From Podarcis bocagei (Eukaryota), in the NCBI GenBank assembly GCA_964188305.1, contig OZ076887.1: a stretch of 64,000 nt of DNA; one strand, written 5' to 3'. The notes beneath the pieces are model-generated. The model saw only the letters and a program-made list of their open reading frames with translations, was not told the origin of the DNA and did no database searches. Positions within the stretch are counted from its first letter, which is position 1. Every line of letters starts with the position of its first letter. Made by a program: the position numbers and the translations under genes. This document shows positions 10,450 through 25,348 of this stretch, one piece after another.

Positions 10450-13400
10450 CTAATACTTTGGTATGAAAGGGAAGAAAGGCCTGTCTAAATGACATAATCT
10501 GCAGCAGGAGTCAATAACCCCTGGCCCCGTCTTCGACTCCACTCTCCATACAGCAATTAGTTTCTATGGCAGGACATTCTGCTCACATGAATTTAACTGA
10601 TTATTACTTCATATCTAAACAGGACAAGTGCCACACAAATTATGTGCTAGTTTTTCACATATAATGTGTAAAAGATATATGAACTTCCAACATTCACGAA
10701 AGCATTGTGTGCCAAGATCTACAGGCAGTTTGTGGAAATTGGAGATGGCTGGATGCATGAGGCAAGGCTGAGAGTTGAAAATCTTATAATAAAAAAACAA
10801 ACATTATACCCAAACATTATACTCTCTGTGTTAGTCTGTATTTAAATCTTCCTTTCTTCTCCATAGAAAAATATTCAGTCCTTTGCCAAGCTGTATTAAT
10901 GTAATAGTTATGAGATAATATTTATCATCGGCGGTATGAATCTTTTGTACATCTATTTTAAACTCTCATTTTCTTTGTGAAATATGTATCTAATAAAATT
11001 ACTTTCTAGTAAGATAAAATATCATAAATATGTGTACCACTGATGCACTTACTATGTGGCATATTCTTTAGCTTTCATTACTCTTTGATTGATGAAACCT
11101 GCTTGGTATCTTAGCCTTTGTACTGAATTAATGTTGGCCCCCTCGGCACAGATATCGGTAGCTAAAAAATAATAGCTGGGTAATATTATTCATTATGGCT
11201 CACTGCAGTGCCATTTATTCCATCATTCCTACAAAGACCTAAGTTGCACTTTGCTTGAATATCTGCAAATATACCTCTGGGGCAGTGTTTTCTGGAAAAC
11301 CACCACTTATTTTTGAGAACTCCTCCCTCCATAGTCATACATTTTCTTAGGCAGCTGACGAGTCTAAAATTACTATCATCAGTGTATATATAAAGTAGCA
11401 GTGGGTATCTTTCTCAAATATTATAAATGTAACCAATTCAAACACATACAGTTTATCTTGAAAATAACTTCAATTAAGACAGTAAATAAAAGGAGGATAA
11501 AGTTGTTAGGGTCAGAAGAGCTTCATTGTAGAATTGTGTCTTTGCAGTTCCTTTCAGGAAAACACATTCAAACAGACAATTTGGACCAATGGCGATATTC
11601 CGCAATGGGACTTTACTCCCTCTCTTTCACCTCAAGCACCCTCAAAATTACCTCCAGGTGGGCAAGAGCATGGCAAGTGGAAGAGACGAGAGTGGATTGT
11701 TCTGCATGACATGTTTGGAGTTTGGGGCTTGGGAAAGTAAATCCAATGTTCCCCCTCTCTCTCCCCACTACCTCCACCCCAAAGTATTGAAGGGAAGTGT
11801 CCTGGGCAATCTTCCAGAGCCTTGTGAACTGTCTCTGGAACATAAGAGTGTAGCTTAGTTATGCAGTCTAATAACACACACAGGCAAGTTTATAGTGAAT
11901 AAATGAATGAAATTGATAATGTTTCTTCAATTAAAAAGGATTGTGACAGCTGTGCTGGGCTGCAGTAGGAAGTCACAGCCATGTAAGTGTATGAGCATAT
12001 TCATTAACAGAAACTGAGGTCCCACTTACCTGAAACAATATGGTTTGCACTGAGCTGTAGTTACTTCCACATTCTTAGTCTCCAACATTGTAGATTGCAT
12101 AGTTACCAGGGATAAATAGTTTTTCTGCCAAATTCCATAATTCAGCAGTGAAATTTAAGACGGCCTCACCAGATTCCATGATGAATTCTGGCTTGATCAT
12201 CCAAGAGTGATCAAACATTTCCAGATGATGCAACATCAACACAAAAATGGGTAGCAGGAGTTTTTGGTGAGCCCTGTGACCTTGTTTATCTGCTGTAACA
12301 TAGCTGCCAGCCTTATTTCTATTTATTCTGTAAAAAAAAAAATAAAGCTAGGTATAATCTAATATGACTTGCACCACTTGCATTTTTACATTTCTACATA
12401 TGGAGCAGCTTTAGAAAAGGATTTTCTCCAGAAGCAACCAGAACATTTTCAAATATTAAAAGTCACCCTTTGGGTGTGCAAGTAAAGGGAGGAAAACGAT
12501 CAATTTTCTTAGGAAAGCATTTTAAGAAATAAGCCTTTATCTATAACAGAACATCTTTTCTAATCTTACCAGAACAAATGTGCAGTTAGTTATGGATCTG
12601 TTGGCCTCTCTGAAATGTGAGTACATTTCAAAATTTCCTACAGCTGTTGGTTTTATACTGGGGGGGGGCAACGGAGTGGCACACCTAATAGCAGACCTTG
12701 AGTATTGCGTCACAGTAATCACTGGTGGATTTTCTGATTGCAAATTGAAGGCTGCTTTACATTTACCTGATATCCAGAAGGGTTTTCTTCCTTTCTCGTT
12801 TAGCTCTGATTTGAAGCTTTAGGAAACAGCACAGCATCTTGTTTTCAAATGTATAAAAAATGATTTCTTAAAATACAAAAACAGGATTTCAAAAAATGAA
12901 GTACAACAACCAATTAAATGTTACTTGGTTTCATTTTCAGGTTGGGGCATTGTTTTCCAGATACCCATGATACCTGTGAGAAGGAGGTAGAATTCTGTCA
13001 CATTGTCCAGGAAATCCTTATCAAAACACAGCTTGGTTCTCTGGTGGCCTGGGGTGTAAGGCTTGATAAGTGAGTTCTATTTTGTAGCCTGAACACCGGT
13101 TCTTTGTTGCAGAGGGCATTTATTAAGGAAACAGATGGAGAGACATCAGTTATCTTTTGTGCCTTCTGTTTTCTACAAAGGCCAGGAATCACAGTCAGAA
13201 TAATTGAAGGCGTCATAGAATAAGTCAGGTATGTCAGGAGAGAGCAGCTTTACTAAACCTTCAAGTCTTGGTGTGGTTCCCAGCAAAGCAAAGCATTTTA
13301 ATCTTTATGTTTGTGTTTGTGAAGGATGTTGAAGAAACTCAAAAGGATGAAAAGGTTTTTTGTTTCTTCGTTTTTCATTGATGAATATAGAAAGACGAAT

Positions 13401-15884
13401 GGGTCTTTAGAACCGACAGCCGGTGTTCAAAAAGCCCTTGTTGCATGCCTAAAGTACTTTATCTAGAATGTGTGCTCTCCCCCCCCCCCATTAAAATTCC
13501 TTGTATACTTTAAGATATCACTTTAGAGGTTGCCAGACTTTCAAGGGTGACATTTATTGGCGAATAAGGAAAGGAGCATCTGAATTGCCCTCGTGCACAT
13601 CTGGGCCCTATCCAATAAGTTTATATCACCTGAATAATTTCTGTAGTGCTCCTCCCCCTCCCCCCTTACTGGTTGCATCAATTATTCTGGAACTTGAGCA
13701 ACTATAATGTCCAAAGACCAAACATTTTTTTTGCCTTTAGTCCATAGTTAGTGAAGGGGGTGGGGAAGAGATGCCAGATCTTAACCATTTCTTGCCACTC
13801 AACATTCTAATGTCACAAGTGAGGGGGCAGGATGCCTGGCCATGTTTATTCATGGACAAGCAAGAGGGGGAGAAAAATGTTTAGGAGTTAATTTACTACT
13901 TCACATGTTTCAATTCTAGAATGAATTAGAAATTGTTCAGCTTCAGGATGTCATTTCACTCTCCATGATAATGAATAATTGAATTTGGCAGTTATTTTCG
14001 GAGATATTTTTAAGTGTAGATAATAGAGAACATTACTTCTTTATATGGGAGTACATACTATCTCCTTTGAGATGTTTAAATTGAATGGGGCAGCATACTC
14101 TAGATTATTAATAGATTATTAATTTCTATTCTTTAGGGTTTTCTTTATCCACCAAAAGGCCCTGGGAGAGGTTAGAGCATATAAAACACAATACAATGAA
14201 AACAATGAAAAACAACTCCTCACACATAATCCCCAAACAATAATTCCACACAACTTATTACAGGGAGGACACCAAAATCCATTCTACAAATTTCAAATGC
14301 AAGGATAAAATATGCATTCATAACAGCACGCAATGCTAAGCTGTTAAAGCCCTGTACATCTATTCTGGACTGGGCTACCATAGCAACACTTCACAGCTAA
14401 AGGATATATGGGTGAGGTATTGTCTGACAATAATGTATTTGTGGTGTTTTCCAGAATTAGTATGACATTTCTATGGCAATTTTATAATTCCATACTTTGT
14501 GTGTCACATGTGCAGTATGGAATTTGAAGTGCCTCTATAAGCATATATAACTTAGTTCTAATAGTCCATTCTGCTTTGTTTTAATTTCAGCATGTACACC
14601 TCCCCCCACCCCCATTTCCTTAGGCCTAGTGTGTTCCCCAAATACAAAACCTCAGGAGTAAACAAGCTGACAGTTTAAGGCTTGGGAGCAGGGAATCACA
14701 GATTGCTTGAAGGCTGCCTTAATTTCAGATGTCCTTGCAACTTGGAAACAGTGTTGGCCCGTGTGGTGTTATAAAGGATCTGCAACCATGTGGAAATGTA
14801 GACTACAGAATAGTTAATATATGGATGCTCTCGCTCAGTTGCTATGCTGCAGCATTCTTAACATAAAAGCTAACTGATGATGAGTTGATTTAGTACAGTG
14901 TGATGAGGCTTTCTAAAATGCTGTCTGTGACTCTACTGTATCACACCCACTGCATATGCATCATTACCCTAAAGCAGCCTGCTCACCCACCAGTCTTTCA
15001 CCCTGAAACTTAATAAGCAGTGGGTTCATTACTGACCACTTTTAGAGGATGGCAGGTGGCCGATAAAGCACTCCATGGAATTTTCCATCTGGCTTTCCAC
15101 GTTTGTTCCTATCCAGGATTTGCTAAAAGATACCCTTTCTCCTCAAACTGCACACTTCAAAATGCCAAAAATCATTTCTCTTCTGGTGCTCTGACTTCCA
15201 TAATGCTTCATCAATCTGACATGACTTTGTGATGACACACATTTTTGATTTATTTTCTAGAGTGACATTGTATCCTAGGTATACACTCTTCATGGTGCCT
15301 TGGCATTTAGTGCTCAGCAGCTGAAAAGCCCTATTAAAACAGAATAAATTCACACCAGGGGCATTTTAAAAACACACACAAAAATCATATTAATTTCGAT
15401 GTTGTACAGGAAATTCAGCAATCAACCTTTGCCATAGTTAATGCTAACCAAGGTTCCCCATTTAGCTGTACTCTGTGGTTCCCTAAAATATAAGAAAAGC
15501 AGCAACCCCCCCCCACACACACAATAGCCTAGTAATAAGGTTTGAAGGGCCCACATAGCTTGATTCATCAATGTGTCACCAGAACTGGGAAATAAAACCA
15601 TAAAAGGAGTCCACAAAATTGACTGTGATATCTAAAGGATTTCTGAAATGATCTTTAAATCATAATAGGAAACAGGAACTATGATAGGAAATGGGAATGG
15701 TTAGTAGTAAGCATGATTAAAAATGGTGCTGATATTTCCAATAACTCTGGGATAGGGGGTGAAAGGAGCGGGGGGAAGTTATCATGACAGGCTCTCAATC
15801 TTTTAACCATGGTGAAGGAGGAGGCATTGAACTGCTTTGTACTAGACACTAAATCAATCTATGGTTTAGCACAAATGTGTGGTT

Positions 15885-16047
15885 GGTTTGGCTTAGCATG
15901 TCATCTAAATCCAGGCTCAGGGTTTGTAGAGCTGTGGCCAAGGGTTTTTGTTTGTTTGTTTGTTTGTTTTTGAGGTATACAGATTTATTATTTGGCTTCT
16001 CAAGACAAACCATGAGCCCAGGTGCAGATGACATACTAAGCCAAACC
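15885..16047. repeat. MITE-like inverted repeat (AAACCATGGTTT-type family)
   Basis: 15885-15927 is an imperfect reverse complement of 16005-16047. Confidence 0.65.
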
Positions 16048-19000
16048 ATGGTTTAGCTCACTATAGCACAGTAGAACTAGGAGAGAAGCACAGCAGCTAT
16101 GATATCCTCTAGAAAGTAACACTCTCACTCACACATTCATGCTGAGCTATGGTTTGGCTTAATATTATGTGTGAAGCACTTCAACATGTCTGCACTGACC
16201 CTGCATGTGGTTTCACTCCTATGCTGCTTACATGTCAATAATTTGTGATGGCATGATATCTTAGACTTTCTGCAAACATGCAAAAAATGAGATTAATACA
16301 CTGAGAAAACTATTTCCTGGAGTATCCTGAATGACACTTTCACTTAGAAAATAATGTAGTACTTTCATAGGTGAATAAAGTGGGCTTTATTTCACAGAAA
16401 GCCATGCCACTGCATCTTTTTTTTACAGATAAGTCTTAGAAATAGGTTTTTCCCCAGGCTCTACCACTCAGTTACTTGGGTGACCTGACTCAATTAACTT
16501 AATTGATTCTTGGTTAGATTGTCAATGGCAAACACACAGTGCTTCAGTGCCTAAAACCTATTAAAAATCAATAGGGATAACTAGACCTGCTAAGAAGCTG
16601 AACACTCTCAATCCATGCATGAATCTGTATTCCACTTAATTTAAGAACTGGACAAATAGCAAAGCCCTGAGTATTAGGGGGCAACCCTGAAATGGGCAAA
16701 GGTAGCAACTGGGAAAGGTAGCAACTTAGAAAGCACCTATAGATTCATAAATTGTGGCTGATGATGGTCTTCCCTGTGCAAAGAATCAGAGTTACCTGGA
16801 ACCAATTATGGCAAGGCCAGAGGGAAGCAAGCAATGCTTGGGTAGATGAAGCTATGCTAGAACCTGAGGTATAATAGCATTCTGCAGCCTTTAATGTTCT
16901 GCTCCAATTTGAAGCCACCTGGTTCTAGTTCTGGTTGTCTCTGATACATGATATTTGGATCTTTGAGCTCTGCATCTTTCAGAATAGTTATCATTTATCC
17001 AAGGGTATGTGGAATCTGGTTTATTGAAATCCTGCACGGAATACTGAATTGCATATTTTCTCATTTAGGTCATTAAAGGCTGAAGAATTACCTTTTTATT
17101 GGTACATTTTGTTTTTAATTAGCAATATTGTCATGAAGAATGTATGTTAGAAATATGTTCAAATTGGCTAGCATACCTAATTTAGCGTTTTCATTGATAT
17201 GGTCATTTAAGCAAAAAAGCAGCAACATTCAGTGTACGTATTTTTATATTGCTACCAACTGCTGAGAATTTCTGTTGCTTACGAACTTAAATGGAACATT
17301 AGATTTCCCTCATAGCTTTCTTCTCCTAGACTAATCCATGTTAAATGGGTCAAAAACAATTGTAAACACCTAGCTTTTTGCAGGTCATGATTGCATAGAT
17401 AATTGCTTCTTACCATTCAAAGAGGGTCATTAGCTAACAAGCCAGAGTACTCAAAATGGACAAATTTAAGTGGCTAACCTGAAATTTTCAGCTCACTTTT
17501 TTCCTGATAGGCACTGCAGAATAGTCAGACGCAGACAGTTTAATTTGCCTTTCATAGCCTGTGACAAGGCTCATGATTATTGCATACAACAAATATTCAG
17601 TGCAACAAATTAGCAGATTCTGCTGTTTTGGACAGGCAGCATTTAAAACCCTGCCACTGAATTGTTGGCTGCATCCCACATTGCCAGCATAATAATTACT
17701 GCTGAGTTTCTGGACCTCATCAAGTCAGCAAGGTGATAACCCTATTGGATCAGATAGGGATATGAGACATGGCCAAAAGAAAAAAGGGCAGAGTACTGAA
17801 ATGGCAACATCTCTGCGTTAGAACCCTGGCAAGTGCCACTTGAATTATGGCAGTTGTTTGGCAGGGGCAGGACTGTTCTGGAGAATAGCTTGCAGCAACA
17901 CTAGATTACAGCATTTGTTGCTTCCAAGGGGAATTGCTGTGAGCACTGAAGCAAAGAAACCAAATTGGAGGATGGGGAAAGTGAGGATTAGAAGGCAAAT
18001 GTAGTATGGAAAACTGTGATTTGTGACAGTGTTACAAGCTCTTGTTTCACTGGACTTGCTTGCATTTTCTGCCAAGGAACAAAGTCCATGGTATAAGCCA
18101 AAGAGGAATTACATTCTCCTCTATTTTCTCTTATAGTTTAGCAGGACGTGGTTGAAAAATGATTGACAGTGTATAAATTTAATTCTGTTCTTCTAGCCCT
18201 ATCCAATGGACACTGGTTTTAAAAAAGTGCAGCAGCAAGCAGGATATATAATATCAACTGAACAGATGATTGCAATAGCCTGGCTAGACACTGTAGATGA
18301 CCTATGGGGGTGTCTGTCTAACTTCTCTCTCTCATACACACACTAGGTGATCATCATTGTCAGAGCTGGCTATTCATATCATTGTTTAAGAGAATCCTGC
18401 ACAAAATCAGTCCAGCACAGATCACTGCATATGAAGCCCTGTGTCAGATTTTTACCCTTTACCCATACAGCATCCTTTGTTAAATGCATGACAAAATCCA
18501 GCAGCACATTGTGCTAGCAGGAGTCCTTATACAGGAGTTTCACTTATGCAGCAGGTTAGGTGAATCCCACCCATGGTCAATTTTATAATAAATGTTTAAT
18601 ATATACAACAATATACATTTTCGCATACAAATCTCTACATTTAATTTGGTTAAAGGGCATCCTGTTTGACATATACAGCACGTATATATGTTAGTTTTGA
18701 TATAATCTCTTTCCTTTAGGGTTAAATTTACCTCCATTTAATTTTTGTATGAATGAAAAATATTTTGCCAAAAATGAATACTAGAGGTGTGAGCAAGATA
18801 TTTCATATTATAAAAATAATAAGTAACATCATATCTTAATAGAATTTCATATTTTTTATATTTGCCATGTGCAGTAACTTTAAAGATTCAATCTGTTTCC
18901 TAGGATGTGTAGAATGCAACAGTGTCTCATTAGATTTGTGCTTGGCTTGTTATTGCAGTTGTTAATGAACAGGAAATCAAATATGGTATGGAGACTACTA

Positions 19001-19565
19001 GTTCACTGCATCTCAAAGATTATATTACGCACTGCAAGTTTGTAGCATGGAAATTGCAAATAAGCAATATTGAACATCTAACACAGAACAGTTTTCACAT
19101 GGCTAGCTTTCTCAAGATGCTATTTTTATAATAGATTGATATAAATCTTGTTACTCTGTGTCAGCGAATGCTAGATAGTATGCAGTTCAGACTGTCTTCT
19201 AAAACACATTGATATTAATCTTGTCCCTGTATATCAAGTTGGTAACTCAAGTATCCATACATACTAAATGTAGCCTGAATAGCCTCTCTTCATTTGCAGG
19301 ACCACTTGTCCCTCACTAAAGGGCTATTCAGAAACTTTCAGGATGTGGGTGAAGTTTTAAAGAATTCTCAGAGGATGGTGGTCTTACGCTTTTCACACCT
19401 GTGGAACATCAGTATGTCACATTCTACCATTCGGAATCAAAGATCACAAGTCTCCCAAAAATCTACCCCAGGTTCTTCTGACAGCCTAATTTAGCAGCTT
19501 TAATGCAGCCTCCCTGGGCTTCCGAAAAACTTTTCTAAATCAAAGTCTCTTGCATTCTCTCTCTC

Positions 19566-20130
19566 TTAAATATAATTTGTATTGATTTTGAAAATGTGGG
19601 TGGGTGTGAACCGACATTACAAAATATTCAAAACAAATAAGCCACTCAATACTTTGCAGTCCAAACAAGAAAAAGAAAAGAAGGAAAGGAAAGGAAAACA
19701 AATTACAGATTAAGCATCAGAGTCCTTTTAAACTGTTTTATCTTCTTTATAGTGTTTAGCAAATGCAGTTAAGGCACAGAAATCTATTTCAGCTATAAAT
19801 CATTCCATATACCCACATACTAAGTGAGGGTTACTGGAACCTCGATTTTTCATTAATAAATTTGATAAAATCACACCACATCAAAAAGTACCCTTTTTGT
19901 TATTCCTTTGTGTAAATGTATATTTGGGGTTAGCTTTTCAGATAAAGCCCCAAACCAGACTTTATTATGCCAATATTCTAAAGGGGCATTTTCCTAATAT
20001 TTCCAGAATCTTGTAATGGTTAATCTAGGCACCAGTAAGAGGAAGTGGATTACGTCTTTATTCTTACAATCAAGATTTTGCCCATCTCTGATATTTAAAA
20101 GTGCAATGGATGGAATCACAAGAACATTTA
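19566..20130 (-). mobile_element. Possible old L1 3' fragment
   Basis: Begins with the reverse complement of an L1-like terminus (caaaatcaatacaaattata); otherwise supported by composition only, with no clear protein motif. Confidence 0.3.
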
Positions 20131-21231
20131 GGTGAGAAATCAAGCACCTAGCACTAGAATCTTTCCACCTTGTGTAAATTTACCATGTGTAAATAAGTTG
20201 CTTTTGAGATGTATGTGTGACAGGTGTCAAGTGCCATCCAAAAAATAATGTTAAGGTTTGTTTCCTTACCTAACGCTGAAATTGAATGCATAGGTTTAGT
20301 AGCCCAGATTTTTGATTTTTTTTGGTCAAGCATCTACCTTGAGTTGAAAGCTAAAGCATTATTTCCAGCTTTCTTTTAGTGCCTGAAGGGAACCCATATT
20401 GATTCCAATCAGTTGATAAGTCCAGCCCTTGCTATAATTTCTTTCAGAAAGAACCACATTTCATATGCATTCAAGTTTCTGGTGGCACCTAGTGAGTGGT
20501 TTTTGCTGTAGGGGCTACTGTGGAGCTGTTCATAAACTTCGCTAAGCATCTGTAGTACTGAACAAGCTGTTCTGTAGTTACAGTTGCTGATATCTGATTG
20601 GTGCCAGTCTTTCCCACTGCCAATAAGCTAATTATACAAATAAAGATTATTGGCAATGTTTCAGTGTTAAAACCTTCTGTAGTGATTGCCCCCTTTCCTT
20701 GTATTTATGCCTATATCTCTCAGCATTTTTTTCTTTCTTGTTCAATATTGCACATTTGGTTATATTTGATTTTTGTCTTCATATAGTGAATTCTGATTGG
20801 ACTTAAATACTTTGTTCCTGAAACAGATCTTTCCTGCCTATCCATATAATGTATTTTCCATTTTCTTGAAGCAGTTCTCAATTTCTTGAAGCAGCCTCTT
20901 GTCCTTACGGTGATCAAATTTTCAACCCTTTAATTGCATTTCACTTAACAGTTTGGGTCCCCCACCAACCTTCTAGAGCAATTTGGGATTGGTGCAAGGC
21001 ACATGTGGGGAGCAGAGGTGGGAAATCCTGTTGTACAAGAGGAAGTCATTCTGCTTCCACAATTATTTAGTTGAACACAGCCCATCGTTACCTGCTTCTT
21101 AACTTTCTGCCCTAGACTTTATAACTCTCAGTAAGTTGTCACAACCCATGCATTATACAGATGTCCCATGATTCCTTTCCTTTGGCAAAGTTGTTTTATA
21201 TTCCTCCAACAGTGCAACTGAAAAATAACTT

Positions 21232-21320
21232 AGTGTGATTCTGTGCATGTCTCCTTAGAAATAAGTCCCATTGAGTTGAATGGGATTTACTTCCAGGTAG
21301 AAAGGTATAGGACTGCAGCT
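21232..21320. mobile_element. About 88-bp quasi-palindromic MITE (common lizard family)
   Basis: taagtcccattgagttgaatgggatttac core; related copies near 22871-22960, 29730-29800 and 46720-46815. Confidence 0.65.
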
Positions 21321-22870
21321 ATAATTTTCTGTTGAGGACTATTTTAGTACTCTCCATTTCTGAAGTGAAAACTGTTGTTTTGCCTTTAAGGGTCATGTGA
21401 TTACAGAGATTAGTCATCCTTGGAAGAGTACTTTTAAAAACATTGCCTCATACCTAAACATACAACCCATTCCCACAATCATGGCTAATCATACTCTGCT
21501 AGGTTCACCAGAAAGATGGGATAAATACAAATAGCAACTTAAGAACAAATCCAATGGTATATGATAGTCCAAACAGAGCAGTCCAAAGAGAAATCAACAA
21601 GTGATGCAAAATAGAGAAAAGTTCAGCATGTGAAGTTTCCATCAATGACAACACTGCACATTGTGACCAGACAAACCTTACCTTCAGAAATCCTTAGTAC
21701 CCACATTTATTGTAGTATATTTTAAAAAGGAAAGTGTATTTTGGGCAGTAATTGGCAGCCACTAGGAAAACCACTTTTCTCTCAGCATACATACCATCTA
21801 GCCAGTTTAATCTTATGGAATTGTCATCTTGAAAACTTAAGTCAGTGGATACATTTTTAATTTAATAACTCAATGCATTATTTACTTACCCATGTTGTTT
21901 TCCTATTAGATTTCTACCTCACAACCTTGGTAATAAAATAGATATTATATGCACATTACTGGTCTATAAAATGCTGTGGGGAGGGGATTCAAAAAATTAG
22001 GAGAGCAAACTGAGCAACCAGAATGAAATACAGAGATTTGAACAATATGTTGGTCTGGGGAAATGTGTTTAAAAGTCATCACAAAAAGGCCCAGTTATCA
22101 GTATGGTGCAGGGCTTAACCCCCATCAACCCCACCCAGTAATTTTCTACTTTACTGTGAAAGTGAGGGGGGAAATGTGCTGTCTTATTCAAGAATGCCAA
22201 GAAAGCTGTATACCTACTATAGAAAGATATGACTGAACCATAAAAGATACATAGAAGAAGGACCATCAAAATAATTGGAAGCATGAAAAAAATATATTTG
22301 GAAAGAAATTCTAGCATGTTCAGGGCTTTTCAGCTTAGAAGAAAAGGCATCTCTGAGAGCAGGAGGGTGGGAAAATAGATTTGTCATAAGTAGTGTGGGA
22401 AAAGTGAATAAGGTACTATTACCTGCTCTCTTTCTCCACACCAGTTGTGACAGGCTTATCTCTCCACCCTGTCATAACACACTGTTGAAATAAGCAGTTA
22501 TTTCTAAGTTGATTATTATAAATCTTGTAATAAATGTCTTCAGTAAAGTGCATCTCTGGGATGGGAATGTGAACCACAAATGTAAACATTTTGATCAATG
22601 GTCACTGTATTTTTTTTCTGCATTAATTGTGTTTAAGAAGTGAAGCACATGATCAGCAAGTTCACATGATGATCAGCTGTTAGACAACACCACATCAGAC
22701 TATAGTTGGAGAACTGAAGACTTGGTTGCTCCCTGATTCAAAATAGTAATAATAAACATCCTTTCACATAACTACTGTGTTTTGGAGAGGACTAGGCTAA
22801 AGCTCTTCTCATTGCTATACTGGATTTTTGTATATGCTGTAAGTTTGCTCTCAAACCTCTGAAGTTATAT

Positions 22871-22960
22871 ACAGTGCAGATCTATTCATGTCTACTCAGA
22901 AGTAAGCCCTATTGAGTTCAATGGAATATAGTTCAGGTAACCATGTATAGGAATGTAGTC
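22871..22960. mobile_element. About 88-bp quasi-palindromic MITE, second copy
   Basis: catgtctactcagaagtaagccctattgagttcaatgga...tgtataggaatg aligns with 21232-21320. Confidence 0.65.
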
Positions 22961-23987
22961 ATAGTCAAGCAAAAGACATCAAGTGGAATTGCTGATCATG
23001 TCGTTTGACTATAAATTCAGAGCACAAAAAACTTCAAAGAAAGAAGATGGGGAAGATGTTCCTTCTAAAAAGTAAGGGGGGGCGAGCAAAAAGAAGCAGC
23101 CCAGAAATACACTGTGAATATATCTACCTTGCTCATAAGAGACAATGGATCAATTGAATTAGGCATTTATGTCATGCGGGTACCTTAGTTAATTTAAAAG
23201 TTAATATTGGGGCCTGAGATTAAGTATCACCAGAATAATTAATTTTGTTTACTGATTTTATTTTAATTTAGAAAGGCATTCAAGGACATAACCAATCAAA
23301 CTCTCCGGAGGGAACTAATTCTTATCAGTCTGCTGCTGAATATTTGCCCTCAAAAGCCAAAATTGATTCTCATGTAATCCATTCAGAAATGGTGATGTTT
23401 GTGTTTATTCTGCACTCTGTAGTTGGGTCCAAAAGTGCCACATGAAGATGTTTTTATACAGTCTGAAGCAAGAGCCCCTCTTAGGAGCACTCCACCACTG
23501 CGTTTTCTCAAGATTATTAGAAAATCATCACCTCTCTCTCTTATCAGTTCAGAGAATCCACAGGATCCACTACAGTGCCCCATGTAGTTGGTGATAATTG
23601 CTGCTAAAAACAGGGCCTCAATGAATGATTTGTTCCAATATGTGTTGGACCTGGAATAAATTTGATTTCAAGCACCCTCCTACTCAGTATGGATAAGAGG
23701 TTCCTTCCATATAGAGCAGCTGAAAATAAGATAGAAGGTAGAATGTTGGTGAATGTCCATTCATAGCTGAACTGTAGCTCCCACTGATGGGTTGATGCTG
23801 TCTGTTATGGAGTTGGGACTTGATTTCTCCATCCAGTATTTGATTGGTCAAATTTGACAAACAGTATTTGATTGGTCAAAATCAGTGCATTGAGCATTGC
23901 TTGACATTCTGCAGAAAAGCAGTTTGTGGATTCTTTCAGAATTTAGTGCCGTTTCAAGGATGAATGTATTAAGCACACTTTTTGAAC

Positions 23988-24460
23988 TTAGAGATGGGCA
24001 AATTTGTCAGTTTTGGTTTTCTCAGGTTCTCATTTCCCCCCAGCCTCGAGTTCTCCACATTTCCATCAGTCTGCAATTAATTTATTTTTTAAAAGAGTCT
24101 CTGTGCATTTTAGTGCAAATTTCTCCTAATAAGCACATGTTTTTATTCACTTTTGTCTAATACGCAGTATTGCAAAGCAATATTCCCATAAACATTATTT
24201 TCACTATCATATGCAAGTTTTACCTTAGTACAGGGGGGCGCAACCTGTGGACCTCAAGATGGTTGTTGGACTACAATTCCCATCATCCATGATCACTAGC
24301 TATGCTGGCTGGGAGTTGTAGTCCAGAAACATCTGGAGGGCTACAGATTGTGCACCCCTGCCTTAATAGATAGATTTTTGTATACACTGTTTGGTTGGAG
24401 AAATCCATTGCAAAATTCAGAAAAGTGTGAATTTCAAGGGATGGCTGTCTATTGTTTGTA
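23988..24460 (+). mobile_element. Old non-autonomous DNA transposon (TAGRGATGGG start) interrupted by a MITE
   Basis: Begins tagagatgggcaaatttg; resembles a recalled lizard repeat; right end not resolved. Confidence 0.45.
24231..24360. mobile_element. hAT MITE, 130 bp, nested in an older element
   Basis: CAGGGG...CCCCTG ends with long inverted arms; TSD ccttagta/ccttaata (7/8 match). Confidence 0.88.
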
Positions 24461-25348
24461 GATGAAGGAGGTTCACCTTTAAATATTAAATATGAACTGA
24501 ATAGAATTTCTCCCCAATCACCTTTTCTATCATGCAGCAATTTCATCAGCTGTGATTTGATCTGCAAAAGAAAAGTGTTAAATCTGGCAGCATATTTTAA
24601 AAAGAGCATTTCTTTTTGTCTTATTGATGCACCATTGCTCTTAAGGGGAACTGGACATATTTTACATTTTTTTAAATTTAATGCCCCCTAAGACTGAAGG
24701 GGAGAATTCAATGTAAAATAGTAAAATGTGTGTAAAAAGATGTATGTACTTTACACACATTTTAAGCATTTTATGATTCCCCCTGAGAGCGATGGCAGGT
24801 GATCAAATTCTGTAACTTCCAGGAGGCCTTACTACTGTGATTTCAATCTGCATGGCAACAAACCACTTTTTAGGCTAGCTGTACACAGCTGGATGAAATC
24901 ACTTTTTAAAAACATGATTAGGCAGACAGCCCCCAGATCACCTTGTGAGAGCTCACAACTTAGACCACCTCATAAGTGGTTGTGAGGGTTGTTATTGTTT
25001 TACAACCAAGCAGTATATAAATTTTATAAAACAAACATTTTCCCCCTTTGTTTTTTCATTTAAAAACTTCTGTGCAGATTTTAACAGATATATACTTTGG
25101 AAACCTGTCCTGAACAACCTACATGGAAACAGGATGGAATGGAATTTTGTCCTGTCCCATGATGACATTGATTTATTCCCTGGTTCTATGCCTAGTTTTT
25201 AATAACCCAAGAAGGTGAAAAGTGTGATGGAAAGTAGCTCCGACAGGGTAGATTTGTATGTGAGATATATACCATTTTCTGCCCCTCTCTGGGATTATCT
25301 GTTACATTTTATTATGTCAGAAATACATGTTTAAACAATACACACATA

